Part shown: positions 1 through 10,495 of the stretch, piece after piece
Layout: each line of letters starts with the position of its first letter
Position numbering within the stretch: the first letter of the stretch is position 1
DNA from: Coniocarpon cinnabarinum
Taxonomy: Eukaryota
DNA: 39,675 nt
Reading direction: 5' to 3'
Assembly (NCBI GenBank): GCA_051942205.1
Contig: JAVECO010000201.1
Span: 1 to 39,675 of the forward strand
Position numbers and translations under genes: made by a program
The notes under the pieces: generated by a model
What the model saw: the letters and a program-made list of their open reading frames with translations, nothing else
Told to the model about the DNA's origin: nothing
The model's database searches: none

Positions 1-2201
1 TATAAACTTCTACTATTAATTTATTTCTAAGTTTTTAAAGATTATAAAGCCTATAATAGAGCTTATAAAGAAGAATTAAAGATTTTAGTAGACTAAAGCT
101 TATTAAGTAGCTTTTATATAAATTAAGATATATTTTAAAGAAGATAGTATACTAGCTTACTTTAACCTAGATAAAAGAACTATTATTAAGCCTAATACCT
201 CTAATTAGGTTACTACTATAGTTTTATCTTAATATAATAAATAAAAAGTTTTACGCTCTATTATATTTATATTAAAGAAAATACTCTTAGTAGAATATAA
301 CTATAAGATCTATAATAAAGAGCTATTAGTAATTATTTAAGCCTTTAAGAAATAGACTACTAAGCTTAAGTCTATTAATTAGCCTATATAAGTCCTATCT
401 AACTATAAAAACCTAGAATACTTTATATTAATAAAGAAGCTTATAGCTAGATAAGCTTATTAAAGTAAATTTTTATTCTAATTTAATTTTTAAATTTAGT
501 ACTATCTAGATAAGCAAAATAGTAAACCTAATACTCTTACTAGGATCTCTACTAATTATTTCTAGTTAGTAGAGGATAACTAGGTCTAGTAGTATATATA
601 GTAATTACTTAAGCTATATTAAATTCTAAGACCTACCCTAATTAAACCTAAATAGAATCCTAGTATAGACTAAATAGATATTAATTAGTAAGAAGCCTAT
701 TATATAGATCTACTAGTATAAAGAATTTAAGAAAAGCTTTAATAAGGCGTAGTAACTAATACTAAGCTTAAACTACTAAATTACTAGCTAATAGAGCATA
801 GATTCTAGTACTATAAGAAAGATTATATTCTAGAGTTTATTTATATAGATATTTTATAGCACTTTTATAAATTACCTTTATATAGATACTAAGAATCTAC
901 TATACTCTTTGCTCTTCTTTATTAATAGTACTTTTAGCTTAGTATATACTAAGATATCTTCTAGTTCTACTATAGCTATAAGAGCTATAAATAAAATAAT
1001 TATTTAACTAGAAAACTCTTAGGCTTACTATACCTTCTAAAGGCTTCCTAGAAAGCTTTCTATTATCTAACCCTTAATTTTATTAGACCGCTACCTATAA
1101 ATAAGTATAGAGAGTAGAAGTTTTAATATATTCTATAGATTATTAATAGGCTTACTAAGTAAGTTTAGCTAGTTCTTATGCCTAATATTACTATAGAGTC
1201 TACTATAGAAGCTTTTATTAAGTATATCTTTTAATTTACTAGGCTACCTAACTTTCTAGTATTAGACTAGGGCTTAGTATTCTTATTAAAATTTTAGAAC
1301 GCCTTTTATAAAAAACTAAATATTAAATATAAGCTTTTAATAGCCTACTATTCTAAAATAGATAGATAAACTAAATAAGTAAATTAAACGTTAGTAACCT
1401 ATCTATAGTACTATATAAATTACCTATAGAATAATTAAGTAAAATAGCTTTTTATTATAGAGTTTTATATAAATAACTATATTAACTTAAGTATAGGTAT
1501 ATCTCTCTTCTTTATAGCTTTTAAATATTATCTTTAAATATAATTTAAGCCTAAGTTAATAGTAGACTAACCTTAGCCTACTACTAAATTTACTATAGAA
1601 ATAGAATATATTTATAAGTATTATAATAAGGCTCTATAGCTTACCTAAGTAGCCTAGATAAACTTAGTAAACTAATATTACTTACTAGCTTTCTAGTTAA
1701 AAGCTAGTAATTAAGTCTTTTTAAATATTAGGTACTTATAATACTAAAGGCTCTTAATAAAGCTTAACTTAATTTATATAGGTCTCTATAAAATAGTTAG
1801 AATAAAGACGCCTTTAATTATCTAGCTTAAGCTTCTTTAAGGTATAAAGATTAATAATAGATTCTATATCTTTTTACTATATCTCTATTTTCTAGACGCC
1901 TACTCTAAATAGCTATAGTAATAGCTACTACCTCTAGAGGTCTAAGAGGATAGTCTACTATTATATAAAGTTAAGAAAATTTTTAATTTAAAGTATTACT
2001 ATTATAAGCTATAGTACTTAGTTAAATAGGTAGGCTATTAAAAACTAATATAAAAATTCTAGAAGAATATTAATAATACCTAAGATATAAAAAATAACTA
2101 CTATAATATCTACTCTAATTAACTAGGCCCTAAACTAACGCCTAGTTACTTAGAAAAAATAATAAGAATACTTATAAAACTACTTATAGGAGCTTACTAT
2201 T

Positions 2202-2213
2202 AAAAGAGGGGAG
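2202..2213 (+). other. Polypurine tract (PPT) of the retrotransposon
   Basis: AAAAGAGGGGAG lies downstream of the chromodomain and 3 nt before the inferred LTR start. Confidence 0.8.
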
Positions 2214-2216
2214 TAA

Positions 2217-2423
2217 TATTAGGATCTAGAGCTAGGATAGATATATTATATAACTAGTATTATATATATAGCTAGCTAGGGTATATAACCCTAATAGCTT
2301 AGCATATAATTATTTAAGATAGATTTATTGTAGAGAAGCTTCTCTCTTCTCTATACAACGTCCTTTATAGTTAGGCCGTTCTTAGCTAGCTGTAATAAGA
2401 GCTTAAAGGTCGCAATCCTTATA
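2217..2423 (+). repeat. 3' long terminal repeat (~207 bp)
   Basis: Begins TATTAGGAT (RIP-converted TGT...) right after the PPT and ends ATCCTTATA (RIP-converted ...ACA). These are imperfect terminal inverted repeats, as expected for TG..CA LTRs. ACTAT (2424-2428) would be the target-site duplication, but the 5' LTR is outside the window. Confidence 0.7.
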
Positions 2424-3250
2424 ACTATATATATTATTATCTATTACTATAAAAGTACTATACTAGATAATATTAATAGTAATTTTTTATTTTTTTTTTA
2501 TTAAGTAAGAATTATTATTCTTTACTAAGATTAAAAGTAAGAAAAGAACTAAAAAAAAGATTATTAAAAAAAAGTTACTAATAAAGTAACTAGTAGATAA
2601 TTTATATACTTAGTACTATATATAATCTTTTAGTATATAAAAGTAAAAAACACTACTATAGATCTTTAGTATAAATAAGTATAATCTAAACTTTTTAAAA
2701 GTAAATTTACTACTAATAAAGTGTTTATATTTTAATAATAAAAAATAGTAGTAGCTATAAAAGTAGAAATAAATATAAAAGTAGTAGAATAATAGTAATA
2801 ATAATAATAATATTATTTTTTTATTTAAGAAGTTATTTAAGCTAAAAGTAGTTATATTTACTTTTTTTTTTATAATATCTTACTTTTTTATAAAAAAAAG
2901 TACTATATAATAATAAAAAATATATATAAAAGCTATAGATTAAATAAATTAAATTTTAATAAAAAATACTTATATTTATTCTTATTACACTATAATTTCT
3001 ATACTTTTTTATAAGTTATATACTTAAATCTATAATACTACTTATAATAAGAGCTTTTTATTATAATTACTTTTTTTTTACTATTTATAGTACTTATAGT
3101 ATAAAAAAAAGATGCTACTTAGTTTAGTATATAGATTAGTATATACTAACCGCTCTTATTATCTCTACTACTAAAATTTATATAATTAACAGCTTTATTA
3201 ATATTATTAATCGTATATAAAGCGACGATATTAACGACTGTATGGTTGGT
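2424..3250. repeat. Extremely AT-rich relic DNA with poly-A/poly-T runs; probably an older, heavily RIP-mutated transposon into which the gypsy element inserted
   Basis: Even more AT-rich than the gypsy element, CpA/TpG-depleted, with no recognisable motifs. Abrupt switch to ordinary GC content at ~3250-3290. Confidence 0.55.
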
Positions 3251-3443
3251 TAAGAATTGCATTATAACTCAAGTAAGCTGCTTCCCACTAAAATACGGTG
3301 GTCGACGGCCAATCGGCGTTTGCACGGAGTTTTGAGCCACTTGTAGCACTGAAGCGCCGTCATTAAACCCCAGCCAGACATCTGCTGCGATAGACAGACG
3401 TTCGGATAGAGCTATTAGCTTCTCACGAAAGATTGACCTCACC

Positions 3444-5690
3444 ATGGCCGACGATGACATGCTCATAAATTTTGACACAGGTTCAGGTCCATTCATCTCA
3501 CAGCCAAAATTCAAAGGTGGGAAATGGAGAGACAGGCTACAGGCTAAAAAGTCTTCGCGGAGAAGACAGGAGCCCGCCGCAGATGATCAGACAGAATTGT
3601 TCAATGAAGCACAGCGATCTGGTGCAAATTATGTTGGGGACTTTATTATAGAGCAGCCTGCAAAACGTGTGAAAATATCAAAACCAGGTACTAATAAGGC
3701 TACTCACAGCGCTCACGACCACTCCAAAAAGGGCACTGGAAATGATGCACCGCATCAGATCGTCTCTTCCTTGTTCAGCTACAATCCAACTGCGCAGACT
3801 CAACGTCAAGCGGATGGACCAGAAGAGGAGCCGACAAAACCGTCAAATGCGCCGCTATCACCGGAGATGCAGACTTTTACTTCATTAGGCCTATCTCGAG
3901 CCGTCGCGGAGCATCTACTACAAAAGATGCAGATCAAAGCGCCGACCTCAATCCAACGCGAGGCTGTGGCGCAACTATTGAAGGAAGATGCTGATGCCTT
4001 TATACAAGCTGAAACTGGCTCAGGCAAGACACTGGCTTATTTACTGCCGATCGTGCAGAAGCTGTGCGCGGTGTCGTCAACTTCTGCAAGTGACAAAGAG
4101 GAAGCAACTTCTGGTCTGCACAGAGACTCAGGTCTCTTTGCTATTATTCTCGCTCCTACGCGAGAGCTGAGTAAGCAGATTTCAGTGGTACTCGAGACGC
4201 TTCTGCGTTGCGCGCATTGGATCGTCTCCACCACGGTCAGTGGGGGCGAGAAGAAGAAGTCTGAGAAAGCTCGTCTGCGAAAGGGCGTTAACATTCTCAT
4301 AGCGACACCCGGTCGGCTCGCTGACCACTTGGATCATACAAGTGTCCTAGATGTCAGTAAAGTGCGGTGGCTGGTCATGGACGAAGGTGACAGATTGATG
4401 GAACTGGGATTCGAAAAGGACATCACGAAGATTTTGTCAAAGTTGGATCGGGCAGATGGACGTAGGCCAAGCATCAATGGTCTACCTGACAGGAGAGTAA
4501 ATATCCTATGTTCTGCTACAATGAAGATGAACGTCCAGAAGCTGGGAGAGCTGAGCCTGAGGGACGCCATTCACATCAGGGGGGATAGCGACTCAAAGAA
4601 TGACGATGCGGCCGATAGTGAAAGGGCCTTTTCAGCCCCTGCACAGCTGCAGCAATCTTTCGCAATAGTGCCAGCCAAACTTCGACTTGTAGCACTCATT
4701 GCGCTGCTGAAGCGGACCTTCGCCCGCAAAGGATCAGTGATGAAATCGATGGTCTTCATGTCTTGTTCAGACACTATTGACTTTCATTACTCCGTCCTTA
4801 CAAGGTCGGATACATCCAAGGATAAGCCGAGTGACCAGAATGAGATCCAAGATACAAGCGCACCTGCGCCTACAATATCAAGCAAAGAGAACCAAGTGCA
4901 AGTGTTCAGGCTACATGGGTCGCTTCCACAGGCTGTGCGGACGTCTACACTTGCCCGCTACCGCACATGCCAAGATCCAGCAGTCCTGGTCTGCACAGAT
5001 GTGGCATCCCGCGGTCTGGATTTGCCCAACGTTGAATTCGTTGTCGAGTACGATCCGGCATTCAGCAAAGACGACCATTTGCATCGCATTGGGCGTACAG
5101 CACGCGCTGGTCAGGAAGGACGCGCTATGATATTCTTGATGCCTGGTTCCGAAGAAGGATACGTAGATATCTTAAAGGGTGAAAGAGCCGATGGCTCTCG
5201 CCATCCTCGGCAGCATGACTGCAACGAGCTGCTGAGAAAAGGCTTTACGCCACCCGGTCTCAGTGACAACAAGAGTTGGCAGGACCACGCAACCCAATGG
5301 CAGTTGGATATTGAGAGACAGGGTTTGGACGACTCGAAGAAATTGGAGCTCGCCCGCCGCGCATACCAGGCCCATCTGCGCGCATATGCCACGCATGTAG
5401 CGGGCGAAAGAGGGATATTTGACATGACGCAGTTGCACCTAGGACACTTGGCGAAAGCCTTTGCGTTGCGAGACATGCCCGGCAGCATCCGTGTGCCTGG
5501 GCTAAGACCATCCAAGAAAGATCTAAACGCCAACAAAGCGCAGCGGAAAGCTCGCGTTGGTCAGACGATGCGCAAGGCTGGTGGTGGGCCTGATGAAATC
5601 TCCGAGAATGTTGATGTGCCTGGTGGAAAGCAAAGAATGCAGGCGAAAATGCGTGAACAGGCTAGGCAGTCAGAGTTCAACGTTGGTTGA
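3444..5690 (+). CDS. DBP7: ATP-dependent DEAD-box RNA helicase Dbp7 (60S ribosome biogenesis), 748 aa, no introns
   Basis: Q motif (PTSIQ), AETGSGKTLAY, PTRELS, TPGRL, the DEGD variant of DEAD typical of Dbp7, SAT, ASRGLD and HRIGRTAR. Also an N-terminal 'DDDMLINF...FKGGKWRDRL', 'GGEKKKSEKARLRKG' and a C-terminal 'LHLGHLAKAFALRD...SEFN', all characteristic of fungal Dbp7. Confidence 0.95.
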   Translation: MADDDMLINFDTGSGPFISQPKFKGGKWRDRLQAKKSSRRRQEPAADDQTELFNEAQRSGANYVGDFIIEQPAKRVKISKPGTNKATHSAHDHSKKGTGNDAPHQIVSSLFSYNPTAQTQRQADGPEEEPTKPSNAPLSPEMQTFTSLGLSRAVAEHLLQKMQIKAPTSIQREAVAQLLKEDADAFIQAETGSGKTLAYLLPIVQKLCAVSSTSASDKEEATSGLHRDSGLFAIILAPTRELSKQISVVLETLLRCAHWIVSTTVSGGEKKKSEKARLRKGVNILIATPGRLADHLDHTSVLDVSKVRWLVMDEGDRLMELGFEKDITKILSKLDRADGRRPSINGLPDRRVNILCSATMKMNVQKLGELSLRDAIHIRGDSDSKNDDAADSERAFSAPAQLQQSFAIVPAKLRLVALIALLKRTFARKGSVMKSMVFMSCSDTIDFHYSVLTRSDTSKDKPSDQNEIQDTSAPAPTISSKENQVQVFRLHGSLPQAVRTSTLARYRTCQDPAVLVCTDVASRGLDLPNVEFVVEYDPAFSKDDHLHRIGRTARAGQEGRAMIFLMPGSEEGYVDILKGERADGSRHPRQHDCNELLRKGFTPPGLSDNKSWQDHATQWQLDIERQGLDDSKKLELARRAYQAHLRAYATHVAGERGIFDMTQLHLGHLAKAFALRDMPGSIRVPGLRPSKKDLNANKAQRKARVGQTMRKAGGGPDEISENVDVPGGKQRMQAKMREQARQSEFNVG

Positions 5691-5707
5691 GGCCGACAAA
5701 AGCTCAG

Positions 5708-6916
5708 TTAATAGATATCCCACAATGAGACTTTGCCGTCCTTTGAACCAGCAGCTAGCCAATGCGTATTTCTGGCTTTTTTCTCACGCGCCATGCTAGG
5801 GGTCTGCAGTGAAGTCGTATCGTCCAAACTACTGTCGGTAGCCTGCGATTCCACCAGTGCAAAGTCAAGTGCATAGCAGCCTTCTTTGTGCCATTTCAAT
5901 ACTGCAAGTTCCTTGAGCGTTTTACTTGAGTAGACCCTCATTTTCGAGTCCCACCCAGCTGTAGCTAGTATACGTGCATCATCCCTCACTCGCAAGCCTT
6001 GCTGTCCGGAATGCTTAGTCTGTACTTCCTTCATGGTTGCGTTAGCGGCAAACAGCGGATGCTTTACTACCATAGCATCTGCCCCCGACGTGAAGAAGGC
6101 GTCGAGAGAAGGTGCTACATCCAGTGATAAGATCGGCTGGCTGTGGGGCTGCGCAGAATAGATGAGTTCCCACGTCGAAGCCTGTTGCTTGAAGATACAC
6201 GCTCGACCGTTCTCGTATCCACAAACGACATGCACGTCACGACCATGTGACTTACGTAGTAGCGCGAGCGCCATTACCATCCCAGCGCGTCCAGACGTTT
6301 GAGCTGGCGCCGGAATGAGCGCGACTTGCTTTTCCGATGGCAGTTCATAGATCTCAACATCAGAGTCTTTATGCCCAGGTACCGCGACTAGAAGCCGTAC
6401 ACCATCAACTGCGGTATCAGCAACGTCACGAGGAGGAATGCCACAATTTGCGAAAGAGCAGAAGTCCAGGGTCGAGATCTCTAGTGCGTGTAGAAGCCAT
6501 GGCTGTTTCAGGTTCAGGGTTTGGGCGTCGACTGGCGGTTTCCCGGAAAAGCCAGCATCAGGGTCATCGATACCATCCAGACTCCAGACGCGCAAGCGGC
6601 TGTCGCGACCATGTCTAAGCTCTCATTAGTACTCGATATCCTGCAAGATGCTTTGAAGAGCTACAAACGTGATTAATCTATCTTCTCCCCAAGTGCCTAA
6701 GCCTAGAATGCTATCTTCATGAGCCTGCCATACTGCGATGGGTCTTTTCGTAGTCATGAGCCATAGCACCACATAGCCGTCGGCATCGCCAGAGAGGAGC
6801 CATAAATTCTTATGCAGGAAGAGAAGCGCATGTATCGACGTCGCATGGCCGCGAAAGATGTAGGCAGGTTGGGCGGGAGGCAATGTTGATGCTGGCAATG
6901 ACGGCACGCTGTTCAT
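5708..6916 (-). CDS. ASA1: ASTRA-associated protein 1 (WD40 repeat); exons 6916-6669 and 6614-5708
   Basis: Exon 1 'PPAQPAYIFRGH...LLSGDADGYVVLW...RPIAVWQAH' joins via a 54-nt GT..CTAAT..TAG intron (6615-6668) to 'THGRDSRLRVW'. Downstream motifs 'TKHSGQQGL..ATAGWD..LKELAVLKWH..GCYA' and C-terminal 'WLAAGSKDGKVSLWDIY' match fungal Asa1. Confidence 0.9.
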
Positions 6917-7275
6917 TTCAGAAGCCTATTGCCATCCGGTCATACTTTTACATATGCAATGATACTGATGCCACACGGTCTGTGCACGTGACATGTCTGG
7001 CTGGGGTTGCATGTGGATGGCGAGAAATGTGTGAAAAGTAAAAAGGCAGTTATAATCATTACATCTTAATAAATACGTGGAATGGTTGCTAGGCAGCTGC
7101 AGCCACATATGGCCGAATTCAGACCCTACATGCAGTCGTTATGAGCGTCTGCGTGCTCGTTCTAAATAGAACAAGCTTCACCAGAAGCAAAGCCTGAACC
7201 AAACGATCACATATCCTTGCCGATTTCTAAACCCTCACGTTGTACACGGCCTGGGTTGGAGACTTGCCAACCAAC

Positions 7276-7749
7276 TTACCGTTCTCGGTCGACGGTCTCA
7301 ACTTCGGCTCTGTGGCGATTTTTCTCGGCACCCTTCGCCGCCTTCTCAACTTCTCCGAAGTCGAACGACTTATTGTTCCGGCCATCATATGGGGCCCTGG
7401 CATACTCACGCGCAATGCTGTACATTTGAGCGAGGTACCGCACCTAGATGCCCTGATCCGTCGCATTGCTCAGCCTCACTGACGCGTTCCTATGCAAGTG
7501 CGAGCATGCGTCATCGTTCATGACACGAAGGTCCAGCTCATGAGCTTGATTATGTTCGGTCAGTATACCTTCATGCGCATAATGCGACTTGCGAGAGACC
7601 GTCGAGTGTGCGACTTGGTATAGCGTTTCTGCAACGTCTGGACGGAATTTGTGCATGGCGCTATTAGGAACATAAGACAGCAAGCCACTATGGTTGGCGT
7701 CGCTGCTGAGTTGTCCATCATAGTCAATGGTGTTCATTGAGCCGGCCAT
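7276..7749 (-). other. Possible small orphan gene or gene relic (ORF 7749-7444 continues in frame past TAG to 7276)
   Basis: After the TAG at 7444-7446 the frame stays open for 55 protein-like codons (VRYLAQMYSIAREYARAPYDGRNNKSFDFGEVEKAAKGAEK...). That segment is flanked by a TAG (possible acceptor) and a GTAAGT donor at 7279. No homology recognised. Confidence 0.25.
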
Positions 7750-8079
7750 GAATGCCGGAGCCCTTTGCGTCTGGATCGCTCGTGAAAGTAAAGAGTGGAA
7801 TTAAGCAGATCACAAAGCCTTCGATGTGTTTTCAAATACATATCTGCTGATTGATTGAACAGGACCATCCTCAGATTGCGCAGATATGTCCGCTGACAGA
7901 CGCTGCTTCATGAAATCACATTGTCAACGGTTTGCCCATTAAGTCGCTGAGCAAGCAATGCATCGGATTTTGCTAGACTCGGTGTGAGGAGCGATCTACT
8001 CCTTTCAATTTCCAGACGATGAATCTGGTCAATTTAGTGAAGCTAGAGTCAAACGAAGTGCTTGGCATGCTGTGAAGGC

Positions 8080-9761
8080 CTAGCGATCTTCCGCAACGAG
8101 AGCCAGTACATCGCCGGAAACCCCTAACGCAAAGACCCACTGCGAATCTCCAACGCCAGGCCGACTCTGCACCATCGCATCCACATCATGATCGGGCTCC
8201 ATGATAACCGATGCGACATTAGTTTTGTCGGCTGTCGGCAGCGACCACTGGCCGTTGCAGGGCGACATATCAAAACGTGCAACAAACATGCCGACGACCG
8301 CCAATACCTCATTTGTCGCAAAATGACGACCAGGACAGAGAGTCTTGCCGCCACCAAAGGCTCGAAAGCATGCATCGCCAGAGCGCTTGCCTGTTGGCGT
8401 TTTCTGCTGCTCATTATGCATGAAACGGCGTCGATTGAAATCTTGCACATCCGAGCCCCACAGCTCTTTGCTGCTGTGAATGATCCGACTCGGCATCTGA
8501 ATCATGGCGCCCTTTTTGAGCAGCCACTGGCCATCGAGAATGGTATCTTCCATCACTTGACGAACGGACGTGCCCATGGACCGATAGCGAAGGACTTCTT
8601 GATATGTCGAGAAGAACAATGGACACCGTTCCTTCAAGCTTGTAATATCAAGGTGGCGTGATGTGCCATTGCCCTCATTCTGAACTCTCGTGACGGCATC
8701 TATCTCTGCTCGAATGTCTCGTAGAAGATCGTGCCGAGCATAGATGAGAAGCAGCATCCAAAATGCGGCGGGTGTCGTGTTTATGAGCACAGCGTTTGCA
8801 CCACCGACCTCATATCGTGCTATGTCTTTGAGCGGGACCCCGTTCCGCTCACATGTCTCATACCTGTTCCTGGCGTATTGTGATGCTCTTTCATGACCCT
8901 TAGCCTTGTAATACCTTTCGAAGGCTGAGGCCACTCTCTCTCGACTTGCAATAGCCTTGCCAGCGGTGATAGACGGTGCTATGCCAACTAATATGGTCAT
9001 CAGTTGACCTTCAAAGTCCCTGTGCTCGTGAGTATGTACGAATATTATTTTCAAATTTGACCCACCAGAAAGACTTGATAACGTCTGGGTCTTTGAAAGG
9101 ATTTTCTGGCCCGTACGTAGAGTCTGTCGTTGCTGCAGTCATCATGTCACGTAGTCAGATGACAAGCTCAATCTTTCGGGGCTGTGTCAAGACCTGCAGT
9201 TCGTCGAGCGCTGCTGCGATCTTCTGGATCATTACACGGTTCATGTCGTCGAGCTGAGGACCGGGCTTCAGAGCTGCTCGCATCCCATCGTATGCTTCCA
9301 TCGATAGACCCCAATGGCCTTCATCGCCGTTGACGTTGCGGTTCAAAATCTCTTGCCTTTCTCGACTTGCACCACATATGGTTGAAGCAAACTTGGCTTC
9401 GATTGGTGGAAAGGCCAATGTGCGTGGCTGGCGTTGGATTGCTTGTATGAGTCCGAGCGTGGTAACCACGTACATCTTTTGGCCCAGAAGCTTCACTGTA
9501 AAGACGGGTGCTGACACCTGTCGGCTGCACCATTCATTAGTTCAGTACCGTGACGGACGACGAGCTTGTAGTTGAGTACCTGAGCATAACAAAGTACTCG
9601 AAGTTGTGCTTCATGAGACCGTATGCGTGGCCCAGGTAGGGAAACCATGAGGACGCCGCGGGCGGCTCTCTTGCTCTCGGCTGATCTTGCAGCATCTTGC
9701 GGACGATGAAGAAACTGGCTATGCCCAAGCAAAGGACGAAAAGCAGTGCCAGCAGCGTCAT
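8080..9761 (-). pseudogene. Cytochrome P450 (CYP7/CYP8-like fungal group) with an in-frame premature TGA at 9155-9157; exons 9761-9580, 9524-9066, 9019-8080
   Basis: N-terminal TM anchor (MTLLALLFVLCLG), EPP..PYLGH, I-helix GANAVLINTTPAAFW, ExxR (EVLR) and heme motif FGGGKTLCPGRHFA. Introns 9525-9579 and 9020-9065 restore the frame. Exon 2 reads KIELVI*LRDMMTAATTDSTYGPENPFKDP..SFW, with the stop where Trp is expected. Confidence 0.85.
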
Positions 9762-10495
9762 GCTGGCCCCTGGAGTACCTTTGAATGCCGAAGTCGGCAC
9801 GGACTCCTTGTGAGGGGGAAAGGGCAGGTCGAGCGGAGAGGCGCAGCGTGAAGGAAAGGTGAGACACGTCGGTGAGGAAGGCGATCTTGTGTGACTTGAC
9901 GATACCTCACCTGATGCCTGCCCGACGGCTTGCTGCCTGGTTGCCTACATGCGACAAATATGCTTTTCCTCCCTCATCCCGCCTTACTACAACCGGTGTT
10001 CGTCAAAACAGAATCGAGGCTGGGTTCATGGTTGGTGCGTGTGCGTAATGGATGGGTCGACTACGGGTGCGAAGAACCGGCACGGATCACTGGCGCCAAG
10101 GGAAGCTGCAGCGTAGTCAAGCCAGTGGGATTGTTAGAATAGAGATGTGGTGATGACTATTGGTTGATTAACTATCTCATGGTGGCGAGAAGTCTGAGGA
10201 CCCCTCGGAACAGGGGGTGCCCTACAGGGCTGAGCCCTCATCGCCTTCTATATTTTCGCACGTGACCTCATCCTCCAACAAGAGGGGGCGCCCTATGAGG
10301 CTAAGCTCTCAACACCTGCTATATATAGAAATTCTTGCATGTGACCCAGTTTCCAACATGTGTATCTGCGGCTTAGCAACTCGTTCTCTTGCCTGGCCGT
10401 CTTTCTCTTCAATTTTTAGTGGCCAAGACGCCATTCTGCTTTCTATACAATTCCTCGTCATCCCCGTGAAATCCTTCATCCTCTTCAAGCGCAGC

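Larger units (their letters stand above)
1..2423 (+). mobile_element. RIP-inactivated Ty3/gypsy (chromovirus) LTR retrotransposon, 3' portion (RNase H, integrase, chromodomain, PPT, 3' LTR); truncated by the window edge
   Basis: Very AT-rich, with near-absence of CpA/TpG and excess TpA (RIP signature). Degenerate pol motifs are readable on the + strand: ~294-340 EYNYKIYNKELLVII (RNase H NYxIYDKELLAII); ~1256-1273 LVLD*G (integrase IVSDxG); ~1343-1387 AYYSKIDR*TK*VN* (AYHPxTDGQTERVNQ); ~1964-2040 YKVKKIFN...*YLVK*VGY (chromodomain YEVExIL...YLVKWxGY). The RNH-INT-CHD order is Ty3/gypsy. Confidence 0.93.

Noticed and set aside
3123..3149. TTAGTATATA direct repeat and TTAGTATATACTAA palindrome near the AT-block edge as a possible transposon end
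   Set aside because: Such palindromes are expected in TA-saturated RIP DNA, and no partner terminal repeat was found.
9133..9163. Possible GT..AG mini-intron removing the P450 premature stop
   Set aside because: Only 31 nt, poor donor (GTCATC), would shift the frame and would delete conserved residues.
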